Of a DNA stretch of 64,000 nt, positions 1 through 16,990 are shown piece after piece; the stretch's first letter is position 1; the number at the start of each line of letters is the position of its first letter. Origin of the DNA: the human T2T-CHM13v2.0 reference genome, Homo sapiens; the NCBI RefSeq assembly GCF_009914755.1, contig NC_060925.1; one strand, given 5' to 3'. Position numbers and translations under genes: made by a program. The notes beneath the pieces were generated by a model. The model saw nothing but the letters and a program-made list of their open reading frames with translations, did no database searches and was not told the DNA's origin.

Positions 1-580
1 GAAAGCCCTAACCTGGCAGTGCTATGTAAGGATGAGATCAAAGACATTCTCTCTCTTTGTAAACTGTAGAGCACTGTGCAACTACTGTATGTGAGGGCTG
101 TGAGCAGCGGTGCTGGAATTCATGAGGGGAATTCCAGCTGGGGAAGGAATCAAGGTTTTAGACTTCTCTAGCAGGCCAAATCCTGTGCTGGTCACTGGGG
201 AATACAAGGGGGCACTTGGCCCTGTCTGCCCTCCAGGAGTTCAATGTAGTAGGGGTGACAAATCTATGAACACCCAGTGACAGCCCCATGAAGTCAGGGC
301 TGTGTTAGAAGGAAGTGTAGGGGTTGAGGGGCCCAGAGGAAGTCCTGCAGTGGCCTAAGATGTCAAGGAAGTTTCTAGGAGATAATGACTGGCCAGTGGT
401 TTGTCAGAAAAGGGGGGAAAGGCATTGGAGGAAGAGGGAACAGCATGTGCAAAGGCTCAGAGGTGAGGCTATATATAGTATGATTGGAGACAAACTCAGA
501 GGTCCCCTAAGATCCCCATCCTGTGGTAGGTGTTGACAGAAGAGGGCTGGACACAGCTGGGACAGAGAGGCGAACACTCA

Positions 581-862
<282 letters not shown>

Positions 863-1752
863 TCAGGGGAGGGCGGAAGGACCAGCACCACATCCCTGCA
901 GGGTGTGAGGAAGGCCTTTCGAAGAGACAGAGCTAACTCAGAGAAGAAGGGCCTGCCTCTAGAGGAGTTCCCATCTCCTGCGGGGAGGAAACAGAGGCCA
1001 GGTAAGGACTTGGGCTTGTGGCTGCTGCAGCTGGGAATCAAGTCTCTGCTGAAAAGGGCCTGTGGTTCCTGAGCAGGGCAGACTCAGAGGGTCCTAAACC
1101 ACCAGAGCCTGTAGGGAGGTTACTCAGCCTCCAAGAAGGTGCATTTGAGTAGAGGAGGAGATCTCTGCAGAGAAAGGACTTGGTACTTTTCAGGGTGGTG
1201 AGGAGATGAGGCTAGGAAGATATAGAGGGATGTTGAAAGCCAGGCCAAGATCACACTTTTTCCTGAGGACAATGGGGAGCCACGGAGGGTTAAAAGAGAG
1301 GCGTGGCATGACAAAACTGGTGTTTTGAAAAGATCCTTCAGGTGCGTGTGTGTGGTCATGGTAGTCAAGGGAAGCCTGGAAGGGCTGAATTTGGGGCAGG
1401 AAGCCAGTGAGGAGGGAGGTCCTGGAGAGATACAGTGTTGCTGCGACTAGATGGGGGCAGGGTTAGGGGTTAGGATTGGTGGATGCAGCAACTGAGTTGC
1501 CGTGAGGATGAGGGAGAGGGAGGCATTATGGTGACGCCTGGATTCTGACTGTGACTGGTGAAGGGGTGCAGAGGGGAAGGGTGGGGCTGGGCTTTGAACA
1601 TGTTACGTCCAGTTCTGTGGATACAGGAGGGAGCACTCTGAGCATGCGCGGCACTTTGCAGTTCACACTGTACTGCCGGCTGTCTCCCCTCTGTGTCCAG
1701 GAGAAAACACCAGGACCTGCACTGACATGCTCCCCATCTCGCCTAGTCCTCA

Positions 1753-2079
<327 letters not shown>

Positions 2080-2252
2080 TCAGTGAGTTCCTTTTTTTAA
2101 AAAAAGAAAACTTCTTTCTCATCATAAAAGCATTACAAATTACAGAACATTTGAGAAATACAGAAAAGTGGAAGAGGAAAATATTCACCCACACTTCCAT
2201 CATAGTTTCACATTTCGATGATTTTTTTTCTTCCATTTTCTTCTATGCATAG

Positions 2253-2560
2253 GTTTTTGTTTTTTTTTTGAGACGGAGTCTTGCTCTATCGCCCAGGCTG
2301 GAGTGCAGTGGTGTGATCTTGGCTCACTACAAGCTCCACCTCCCAGTTTCAAGCAATTCTTGAAATTCTCCTGCCTCAGCCTCCCAAGTAGCTGGAATTT
2401 ACAGGCGTGTGCCACCATGCCTAGCTAATTTTTGTATTTAGTGGAGACGGGGTTTCACCATATTGGCCAGGCTGCTCTCAGAACTCCTGACCTCAAGTGA
2501 TCCGCCCACCTCAGCCTCCCAAAGTGCTGGGATTACAGGCGTGAGCCACCGTGCCCGGCC
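2253..2560 (-). mobile_element. Alu (S-type)
   Basis: Antisense Alu with TSD CTATGCATAG on both sides. Confidence 0.92.
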
Positions 2561-3507
2561 CTATGCATAGTTTTTACACAGTTGAGACTCCACTGCATTT
2601 ATAATTTTTTATGTTTTTTCAACATTATGACACATTTCCACGATCTTTTTTTATGCATCTCTTTAGAGCAAACAAGGCAAAAAAGCAAAAAGCTTCAAAA
2701 GCCCTGGTTGAGGGTGTTCACTACTATGTAGTTGATCATCCCCCATCCCTGAGATGCTTTGGTAAGTTTCTGATTTTTGCTATTAGTCTTGCTATGTTGC
2801 CCTGTCTGGTCTTGAACTCCTGGGCTCAAGCAATCCTCCCACTTTGGCCTCTCAAAGTGTTGAGATTACAGGTGTGAGTCTCAGTGCCCAGCCCACAGGG
2901 TCATTTTTAAAGCCCATGTTATCAAACTGCTTTCCGGAAAAGTTGTTCTGATTCTTGTTCCTGCACAAGGTTGCCCATCTCACCACATCATCACTGACAC
3001 TGAGTTATCTTTTAGCTTCACATAGTTAACTCAATCAGGTGGACATCTTCTGATTCCTGCCTTCAAGAATTCAGTCTAGTAGGGAGCTCAGACCTTTCTA
3101 ATGGGAAGCTGTCTCTAGATAATCATGCAAGGGGCACTCACACTTGAAGAGTGTAGTGGAGGGGAGAGGGGCCGCTTTTGGCCCTTGCAGCATCACAAAC
3201 GACTGATGCCAGAAGGGGCCTTTTCTCCTGCTTTCTCCCTGACTCCTGACCATTCTTCTCACCTCTAGCACTGCTTCCCTGCAAGTCTGTTCTCTATAGA
3301 GCCGGCAAAGTGAGTGTCCTAAATATGTACCTGATCATGTCACTTTCTGTTAAAAAAAAAAAAAAAAAGGCCAGAAAACCTACCCATTGCTCTAAACTTG
3401 AAACCCAAACTCTTTATCATAGTCTTCGTGGTCTGTACAATCAGGGCCTGCCAGATTTTCCAATTTCATCTCACGTTCCACTCTCCTTCATTCTCTGAGT
3501 TCCAGGC

Positions 3508-3986
<479 letters not shown>

Positions 3987-4103
3987 TTAATTTGTTTTGT
4001 CCTCCCCATCTCTGGGCTGTTGCCTGGCAACACTCTTCTCTCAACTTTACTATGGCACCTCCTGCTCATCCTTTAGTGTTGGCTTAAAAAAATCACCTCC
4101 TCA

Positions 4104-4408
4104 GCCGGGCGCGGTGGCTCAGACCTGTAATCCTAGCACTTTGGGAGCCCGAGAAGGGCGGATCACTTGAGTTTAGGAGTTCGAGACTAGCCTGGTCAAC
4201 ATGGTGAAAACCCATCTCTACTAAAAATACAAAAATTAGCCAGGCATGGTAGTGGGTTCCTGTAATCCCAGCTACTCGGGAGGCTAAGGCAGGAAGAATC
4301 ACTTGAACCTGGGAGGTGGAGGTTGCAGTGAGCCAAGATCACACCAGTGCACTCCAGCCTGGGCAACAGAGCAAGATCCTGTCTCAAAACAAACAAACAA
4401 ACAAAAAC
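4104..4408 (+). mobile_element. Alu
   Basis: Canonical dimer with (CAAA)n tail. Confidence 0.92.
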
Positions 4409-5724
4409 TCTTTTCACCTTAAAAATTGTGACTTGCCTTCCAGAGGCTGAACCTGGGGGCTGACTTGCTTGGGGGTGGGAAGTGAAGGAGGAGAAAGAGA
4501 TGAGAGGAAAGGATTTGTTTCCTGTGGCCACAGCTGTAGCCCTGGTCCTCAGGAAGCCATATTCAGGAGGGAAGGGGACATGGAGTCAATAGCCCTCCTT
4601 GTGCCAGCTTTACCCATCTGCAGGAGCTCGCGGTGGCTGTGTGCAGACCGTGAATTGACACTGCTAGCTTCCAGTCCCCACCCTAACACTTTCCAGCTGT
4701 GTGATCTTGGGAAGGTTATTTGATCTTTTTTTGCCTGTTTCCTCATCTACAAGAATTAAATAATAAAATATCCCTGGTTAGGCATTCACTAAGTGTTAAT
4801 TATTTATATGGAGTTGATTGCTTAACTAGTGTAAGGGGCCATCTGGTATATTTCTGTTGCTTCAGCGTAATTATTAATAATGACCTCAAAAGAGCCCTGC
4901 TTTGGTTGATTTGGTCATTCTACCAGCCCTCAGACCCCAGTTTCCTTGTCTGAAATGGAAGGAGTTTGCTTGAGCAGTGATTCTCAAAGTTGGTCCTGGG
5001 GCCAGCAGCCTCAGCATCACTTGAGGGTGGGGCCAGCAGCCTGTGTCTTCTGAAACGTGCCCAGGTTTGAGGACTGTTCCCTTCATCTTTTATAGCTACT
5101 GCTTTAAAGTTCACTAGCATGTTCGTGAACATTATCTACTGAGCTTCCCAACAGCCCTGAAGGAGAGGGTGGGGGTCAAGCGTCACGCAGTGGCTTGGAG
5201 CGTGCACTCTGGGACTGACCACTCTGGGCTCCAATGTTGGCTTAACTGCTTTCAGACAGTGTAACCTTGGCTAAGTCACCTAACTTTTCTGAGCCTCTAT
5301 TTTTCTCCTGTGAAATGTTACCCATGAAACAGGTTGCATGGTAGTCCCGGGAGAACCTGTGTGTAATGTGCGCCCAGTGAGCCTTGGCCAACTGGTTACT
5401 GTAACCATTTTTGAAGTGCAGATTTCTGGCTTCTTGAGGCTTTGAAGGTAAAGGCTTCCTTACAGTTTGGTCCCTGACAGGTCGAGGAAGGGGTAGCTGG
5501 GAGGGAGGACAGTATAGTCATTACTTTGGAGTCAGACATGTGGTTTAAATCTAAGCTCAGAGTTTGTCAGCTGCACAACCTTGAGCTGGTCACTTAACCC
5601 CTCTGAGCCCCTATTTCCTCATGCTGAAAGACATGTAAACAGCCATCATGCCACCACAGTGACCAGTGTCTGATCCTCACTTCTCTCCCTCTGTCTTCTC
5701 TATCCCCTGCCCTGGCCTGCCTCA

Positions 5725-6018
<294 letters not shown>

Positions 6019-6084
6019 TCAGACTCACTGGTGCTACAATAGAGGGAAATGAATGGGCTCCTGGGGCCCAAGGAAGCCTCATTA

Positions 6085-7378
<1,294 letters not shown>

Positions 7379-7847
7379 AGATAAAAGATTGGAAGAACGT
7401 TGGGATCAGGTTGTGAATGGCCTCGAACTTTAGCAAAGGAGTTGCTGTGTGCTGAGGGCAGTGAGCGAGGGTTGCTTGGAAAGATCTGGGCTGCAGAGCT
7501 AACAGGAGCTGACAAAAGCAGGCAGAGGGACCTTGTAAGAGGGGTCCAGGAGGAGACTTCGAAGCTTCTCACAGGGCAGGGCTGGAGGGCTGGAGGGCAG
7601 AGGGCAGAAAGGCAGAGCCCTTGAGGCTCAGGACTGAGGAACACAGGCATGAGGTGGGGGCATGGTGGCTACTCCAGGTACCTGTGTGAATGGAGGAGCC
7701 CTTCACTGAGAGGCTGCAGGGGTGAGCAGCTGTTGGGGGGAAGAGATGAGCTCAGCCTAGTCTGCTGAGTTTGAGATTGCTTGTGTGACTCCCAAGAAGG
7801 GCACAGGAGGAAGGTCTGGGCTGAAAGCCAAGATCTGATGGTCTTCA

Positions 7848-9500
<1,653 letters not shown>

Positions 9501-9536
9501 TTAACAGGCTAACCAGAATATCTACCATCCCTAAAA

Positions 9537-9549
9537 TGACCTTTGAGCA
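9537..9549 (-). promoter_or_regulatory. Candidate HNF4/DR1 nuclear-receptor site in the FAM151A proximal promoter
   Basis: Minus strand TGCTCAAAGGTCA, about 260 nt upstream of the ATG; motif match only. Confidence 0.45.
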
Positions 9550-11584
9550 CAGTAAGAGGCAGCAGAGAATGTTGGACCGAGCCCCGACCCCTGGCTGTCT
9601 GCCCCTGCTTGGGAGTCAGGAGACCAATCCCAGCCCCTGTTGCTTTTCTGGAGTCCTGGAGCAAGTGTCTGCCCGTCTCTGGGCTTCATTTCCTTCCGTG
9701 TAAAAGGAGGCACTAGACTGGGTGATCCCGAACATTCTGTTCTTTCCCTTTCTAACTCCAGGCTTTCTGCCCTGCCCTCAGGGAATCCTGCATTATCAGG
9801 CAAGGGTGGTGACAAAGACAGATTAGATCTGCGTAAGGGGCAATAATCTTCCTTTCATCTGAGATTATGGTTAACAGATTATCTACCTGGGATAGAAATG
9901 GATAGTCCTGGCATGCTGGCCTGGGTTACTGCAGGCCGGTTCTGGGGCAGCGAGTCCATGGGGAAGGGGCTGAGTCACCACTTCATGCAGAGGGAGTTCT
10001 GGGGGCCCTGGTATGGGAAGCAAGTTAGAGGCTGCCCCTATTCTGAGGACCCCAGAATTTAAACGAGTCCAGGAATCACCTGTAATGTGCACGGAGACTT
10101 CAGCGTCTACACATTGGGGCTCACAGAGAGATCCGGAATGTGAGGCTGTGATAGGCCACCCGAGGCAGAGCCGGGCAGTTGGTGGCTTTGATTGTGTGTG
10201 TGAAAGGGTGTCTAGAATGATGCCCAGGTGGGCAGATGGTCGGGACTGAGGGGTGGAGGGGCAGGGTGGGAGGGATTTTGGTCATGGGGCTTGTCGTGGG
10301 TCATTCCTGAGTCCATTTTCCTGCCTCGGCCTCCCCGAGGAGGGAACTGGATATAGAGTCTGTGGGCTCAGGACTGAGATCAGGGCCAAAGACAAGGGCA
10401 TGAGCATCATTTTCTGGCCAAAGCAAAGAGAGAAAGGGATGGAGGCTGACCTCTGGGGACCACTGACAGGCGGAGAGTTGGAGGAAGAGGCATCAGTAGA
10501 GGAGAGGGGACAGCAGAGGGCAGTGAGGGGTGTCAATGGGAAGGTCAAGAAGAAAGGAGTGGTCAGCCAGGCTGGGAGATGGAGCCCTGTAAGGACAGCA
10601 AGGCCCCCGATGCTGGCCAGGACAGTTTCCCTGGATCAGTGGGGAGGGCAGAGGTCAGAGCAGAGCCTGTTTAGAGGGGCCAGGAAAGACCAGAGAGGCT
10701 GAAGGTACAGGAGGGAGAGGCACTGGGACAAAGTGAGGATGGGAGCAGGAGGACCTGGTGCTCAGGGGGTGCTATTCTGTAGGATGTGGGGAACGGTGGG
10801 CATTGTGAGTGGTGAGTCTGGGGGTGCTGGTTGGGAGGTGATGTGGTGAAGGGGGACAATGAGGGAGAGGTTTGAGGACAGGGAGGTTCTGTTGGCTGGT
10901 CGGGGCATGTGTGGTATGCCTACAGGGATCCAACGAGACCCAAGCTGTGGGCTGCTAGATGGACAGGACCCCATTCAACACCCCCTCCCCACCACTGTGT
11001 ATATCTGGAAATGTGAGACTGTGATGGGCCACCCGAGGCAGAGCCAGCCCTGGAGCCCAGTGTACTGGAAAGTGCACTTGGACGAACCAGAGTGTAGCTC
11101 TGGTTCAATTCTCAGTTCTTGGAACCTCTGGAGAGAGGGAGATCTAGTCTGTCTGGGCTTCTGGCTCATTCTCCAAATCAACTCAACAAACTCAGCAGCT
11201 GCCAGGAGCCAGGCCCTGGTGAGGTGTCAGGGCTGCTGGCTGGAATGGAGCAGGGTCAGTGCTCTGGGGTCTGCTCAGGAGACAGTAAGGGGGCTGTAGA
11301 CAAGCAGGAACATTTTTGTGAGTCCCCTTTCTTATTGGGGCTGCTCTCTCAGGCCACCCACTCCGGACTCCAGGATCCAAATGCTAACTGGGCCTCACCC
11401 AGATCCCTTCTGTAATAAGGCATGGAAGGGTGTGTTAACTGGGATATTATGATAGCCGCAAAAAGTTAACAGAATGACAGAAGCTACATCTCGAGTAACA
11501 ACCACATATGCTTTACTCTACAGTTAAAGTCTAGAGGAAATTTCTGTTTAAGAGTTGGCCATAAAAAAGAAAAGAAAATGCTGA

Positions 11585-12250
<666 letters not shown>

Positions 12251-12521
12251 GTCTAGAGGAACAACAAACCACTAGAATTATACAATGTGACTCCAGGGTT
12301 GTCCCCAAGCCCCATACTGATAAGTCTCACCTAGTCTGGCTTGCATTTTTTCTGCTTTTATTAATAATATTATTTGTGATTTCCTACAAAGTGTCCCACA
12401 TTTTAATTTCATCCACTTGTCACACAACACTGCTCATGTCCCCATGTTGCAGGCAAAGAAATCAAGGCTTGGAGAGGTCGAGACTTGTCCCAAGTCACCT
12501 CTATGTTAAGTTCAAATGCAG

Positions 12522-13003
12522 GCAAGCCCCCCACAGTCTGGCCATAAACTGGCCCCAAAACTGGCCATAAGCAAAATCTCTGCAGCACTGTAACATGCCC
12601 ATAATGGCCCTAATGCCCACGCTGGAAGGTTGTGGGTTTACGGGAATGACGGCAAGGAACACCTGGCCCGCCCAGGGTGGAAAACCCCTTAAAGGCATTC
12701 TTAAGCCACAAACAAAAGCATGAGTGATCTGTGTCTTAAGGGCGTGTTCCTGCTGCAATTAATTCGGCACATCCCTTCGTTTCCCATAAGGGATACTTTT
12801 AGTTAATTCAACATCTATAGAAACAATGCTAATGACTGGTTTGCTGTTAATAAATACGTGGATAAATCTCTGTTCCGGGCTCTCAGCTCTGAAGGCTGTG
12901 AGACCCCTGATTTCCCACTTCACACCTCTATATTTCTCTGTGTGTCTTTTAATTCCTCTAGTGCTGCTGGGTTAGGGTCTCCCTGACTGAGCTGGTCTCG
13001 GCA
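12522..13003 (+). mobile_element. 5' LTR (MER9 type), missing its first ~8 nt
   Basis: Aligns to the 3' LTR from GCAAGCCCCCC onward; AATAAA at 12849; ends GGTCTCGGCA. Confidence 0.92.
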
Positions 13004-13114
13004 AGTGGCTTCTATTCCTGGGGGCTCGAATCCAGGTCAAAGGGTCGCAGGAGCGACGGTTGGAATGGAAAACTAGCTGGAGGACACCTGAGTACTCTTA
13101 AAGCAATCCCCGTG
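12962..13114 (+). CDS. ACOT11: ACOT11 isoform BFIT1 penultimate exon, exonised from ERV U5/PBS/leader (CCWVRVSLTELVSASGFYSWGLESRSKGRRSDGWNGKLAGGHLSTLKAIPV)
   Basis: Pyrimidine-rich acceptor tttaattcctctag|TGC; 153-nt open frame; donor GTG|gtgagt; peptide matches my recollection of the ACOT11 isoform 1 C-terminus. Confidence 0.88.
13006..13023 (+). other. Degenerate primer-binding site
   Basis: TGGCTTCTATTCCTGGGG two nt after the LTR terminal CA; tRNA identity not assignable. Confidence 0.6.
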
Positions 13115-13152
13115 GTGAGTAAGAAGGGGAGTCCGGAAGCGTCAGGGTAACA

Positions 13153-14469
13153 ATGGGATGGGTATGGGGTCTGGTTCGTTTCACCTTAGAACTTTTTCAC
13201 ACTGATAACGAGGAGGAACAACAGTATAGCGAAGTAACAGAAGAGGTTACAGAGCATGTTTATTTGCCAGCTGAAGCTAAAGCGGCAAAGGAAGGAGAGT
13301 TTCATCCCTACCCTTCTGCATCCCCTCATTATTATTTTGAAGAAAATGACTCCCCAGATCTTTCTTTTCCGGAGGACACTGGGCGAAAAGTAGTTGCCCC
13401 AGTGACTGTTCGAGCAGCGCCTTGAGCGACGTCTCTTAGTTCTATTCAGGCAGGAATTCAGCAAGCTAGACAAGAGGGTGATTTAGAGGCTTGGCAGTTC
13501 CCTGTTAGAATACACCCCCCAGATCAACAGGGAAGTATTACAGCTACATTTGAGCCTTTTCCTTTTAAATTACTCAGAGAATTAAAACAAGCAATAAATG
13601 AGTATGGACCAGGTTCTCCTTTTGTAATTGGACTGTTAAAGAATGTTACTGTTTCCAGTCGGATGATTCCTACTGACTGGGACGCTCTTACTTGAGCTTG
13701 TGTAACTCCTGCTCAGTTCTTACAATTTAAAACTTGGTGGGCAGATGAAGCTTCCATTCAGGTTGCTCGCAATGCCCAGGTCCAACCTCAAATTAATAGG
13801 ACTGCAGACCAACTTTCGGGGGTTGGCGGCTGGGCTGGTTTCGATGCACAAGTGGTCATGCAGGATGATGCCATAGAACAGCTTAGAGCAGTGTGCATTA
13901 GATCTTGGGAAAAAATCACTTCAGGTGGGGAACAATACCCTTCCTTTAGTGCTATAGAGCAGGGACCAAGGGAACCATAGGTTGATTTTATAGCTCGGTT
14001 ACAGGAGTCTCTTAAAAAGATGATTGCAGATTCGGCTGCTCAGGATACAGTGTTGCAGTTATTAGCTTTCGACAATGCTAATCCCGATGGCCAGGCTGCT
14101 CTGCGACCTATCAGAGGGAAAGCACATTTAGTTTATTATATCAAAGCCTATGATGGTATCGGAGGTAATCTGCGTAAAGCTACCTTGTTGGCAATGGCAA
14201 TGGCAGGACTGAGAGTGGATAAAGGAAATACTCCATTTCCTGGAGCTTGTTTTAACTGTGGGAAGCGTGGTCATACTAAAAAAGAATGTAGAAAAAATCA
14301 GCGAGTCAGGCCACCAGATAGGGGAAAAAAGAAAACTGCTGATCCTGAAATATGTCCAAAATGTAAAAAAGGAAAACACTGGGCTAGTCAGTGTCACTCT
14401 AAGTTGGATAAAGAAGGGAACCCAATTTCAGGAAACGCCATGAGGGGCCCGTCCCGGGCCCCGCTCTAA
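13153..14469 (+). pseudogene. HML-3 gag, interrupted by stops
   Basis: MHR-like QGPREP*VDFIARL (TAG at 13978); two CCHC knuckles CFNCGKRGHTKKEC and CPKCKKGKHWASQC. Confidence 0.9.
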
Positions 14470-15359
14470 ACCGGGGCGTTTCTGGCTCAGGCCATTCCCT
14501 CACCCCTGTACAATGTCTGTCCCCTGCCACAGCCGGTAGTGCTGCAGTAGATTTATGCTGCACAAAAGCTGTGAGCCTTCTGCCTGCGGAACCCCGGCAA
14601 AGGGTCCCAACAGGAGTCTGTGGACCCTTGCCAGTGGGTACAATAGGATTACTTTTAGGAAGGTCTAGTGTAAGTTTAAAAGGTATACAAATACATACAG
14701 GAGTCATTGATTCAGATTACAGTGGGGAAATCCAAATTGTTACATCTACTTCTGTTCTCTGGAAAGCAGAGCCAGGAGAGCGCATAGCACAGCTCCTGGT
14801 TGTGCCGTATGTGGGAATGGGAAAAAGTGAAATTAAACGAACAGGAGAATTTGGAAGCACAAATAAACAAGGCAAAGCAGCTTATTGGGTAAATCAAATT
14901 ACTGATAAACGTCCTACCTGCGAAATAACTATTCAAGAAAAGAAATTTAAAGGTTTGGTAGATAAAAGAACGGACATTTCACTCATTTCTGTACAGCACT
15001 GGCTGTCTGCGTGGCCAATTCAACCCGCTCAATTTAACATAGTTGGAGTTGGTAAAGCTGCTGAAGTATATCAAAGTAGTTATATATTGCATTGTGAGGG
15101 GCCCGATGGACAACCTGGGACTATTCAACCAATTATAACTTCTGTACCTATAAATTTATGGGGAAGAGATGTATTACAACAATGGGGAGCACAAGTTCTA
15201 ATTCCAGAACAATCATACAGCCCTCAAAGTCAGCATACAACGCATGAAATGGGGTATGTCCCTGGTATGGGACTAGAAAAAGATTTGCAAGGTTTGAAAG
15301 AACCGCTTCAAGCGGAAAAACAAAGTTCCCAGAAAAACAAAGTTCCTGCTAAAGATTAG
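14430..15359 (+). pseudogene. HML-3 pro (dUTPase + protease + G-patch-like), frame open throughout
   Basis: AGSAAVDL, GLLLGRSS, GVIDSDYSGEI, RIAQL, RTGEFGST; protease DTGAD degenerated to DKRTD; NLWGRD; MGYVPGMGL. Confidence 0.9.
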
Positions 15360-15369
15360 GAAAAAATTT

Positions 15370-16990
15370 TTGGTGGCAGCCATTGTTAAGCGTCCAGAAC
15401 CTATACCTTTAAAATGGTTAACAGATAAGCCAATTTGGATAGCACATTGGCCACTAAGTAAAGAAAAACTGGAGGTTTTAGAGAAATTAGTTGCTGAACA
15501 ATTAGAAAATGGGCACGTAACTCCAACATTTTCTCCTTGGAATTCTCCAGTTTTCATAATTAAGAAAAAATCAGGTAAATGGAGAATGTTAACTGACTTA
15601 AGAGCCATCAGTTCAGTTATACAACCTATGGGAGCATTACAGCCAGGATTGCCTTCTCCTGCTATAATTCCAAAAAATTGGCCTTTTAATAGTCATAGAT
15701 TTAAAAGACTGTTTCTTTACTATACCTTTAGCTGAGCAAGACTGCGAACAGTTTGCATTTACAATTCCTGCATTAAACAACCTGCAGCCTGCTAAGTGTT
15801 ATCATTGAAAAGTGTTGCCACAGTGCATGCCAAACAGCCCAACAATTTGCCAGACATATGTGGGGCAAGCAATTGAACCTACCCGTAAAAAATTTCCACA
15901 GTGTTACATTATTCACTGTCAACTAAAAACATTAAATGATTTTCAAAAATTACTAGGGGATATTAATTGGATACGACCTGCTCTAGGCATTCCTACCTAT
16001 GCCAGGAGTAATCTGTTTTCTATCCTTGGAGGAAATCCTAGTCTCACTAGCCCTCGGCAATTAGCAAAAGAGGCTGAGGCAGAGTTACAACTGATTGAGA
16101 AGCAAATCCATAAAGCTCAGATAAATAGAATAGATCCAGAGAAGACTCTAGATTTGCTAATCTTTTCAACTCAGCATTCACCTACTGGTGTTATTGTCCA
16201 AGAACAGGACTTAGTAGGGTGGCTTTTTCTTCCACATACTAATTCACAGACTCCAACTCCTTATTTAGATCAAATCGCTACTATGATAGGGATTGGGAGA
16301 ACTCGGATTGTTAAATTACATGGATATGATCCTGGAAAAATTACTGTCCCTCTCACAAAGGCACAAATACAGCAAGCTTTTATAAATAGTCTTACTTGGC
16401 AAACCCATTTAGCTGACTTTGTGGGTATTCTCGATAATCATTTTCCTAAAATGAAGCTATTTCAGTTTTTAAAATTCACTAATTGGATTCTCCCTAAAAT
16501 AACTAAATTTAAAACAATTGAAGGTGCTGAGAATGTTTTTACAGATGGGTCTAGTAATGGTAAAGCTTCTTATTCTGGCTCAAAAAGTAAAGTTTTTCAG
16601 ACGTCCTGTACTCAGCTCAAAAAGCGGAGCTTGTAGCGGTAATTGAGGTATTGACTGCTTTTGATATGCCTATTAATGGGATTTCTGATTCTTCATATGT
16701 GGTTCATTCCACACAGTTAATTGAAAATGCTCAGTTATGATTTCATACCGATGAACAACTGATGATAAAAACAAAAAAGGTGGAAAAATAGGGATTACAG
16801 AACAGCCCATACACAATTGCATCTAGCATTATTTGGTGAAGAGATCCAATAACAAAAAGTTGGGAAATAGGTAAAATAATAACTTGGGGTAGAGGTTATG
16901 CTTGCGTTTCTCCAGGCCAAAATCAACAGCCGATTTGGATACCTTCAAGACACCTGAAACCTTATCATGAGCCAGATGCCAAGGAAGAGA
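15370..16990 (+). pseudogene. HML-3 pol remnant (RT, RNase H, integrase C-terminus)
   Basis: [22 protein letters not shown]; IIH joined directly to [17 protein letters not shown] (YMDD region deleted); FTDGSSNG; [10 protein letters not shown]...IWIPSRHLK; frameshifts and stops. Confidence 0.9.
16916..16957 (+). CDS. ACOT11: ACOT11 isoform BFIT1 terminal coding exon ([13 protein letters not shown]) at the ERV env splice acceptor
   Basis: cttgcgtttctccag|GCC AAA ATC AAC AGC CGA TTT GGA TAC CTT CAA GAC ACC TGA; phase 0 from 13114; candidate AATAAA at 17304, 17714 and 19329. Confidence 0.88.
   Translation, partial: AKINSRFGYLQDT

Noticed and set aside
1453-1480. GGGTTAGGGGTTAGG telomere-like / G4-like motif
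   Set aside because: Only two imperfect units inside an old repeat-like region; expected by chance
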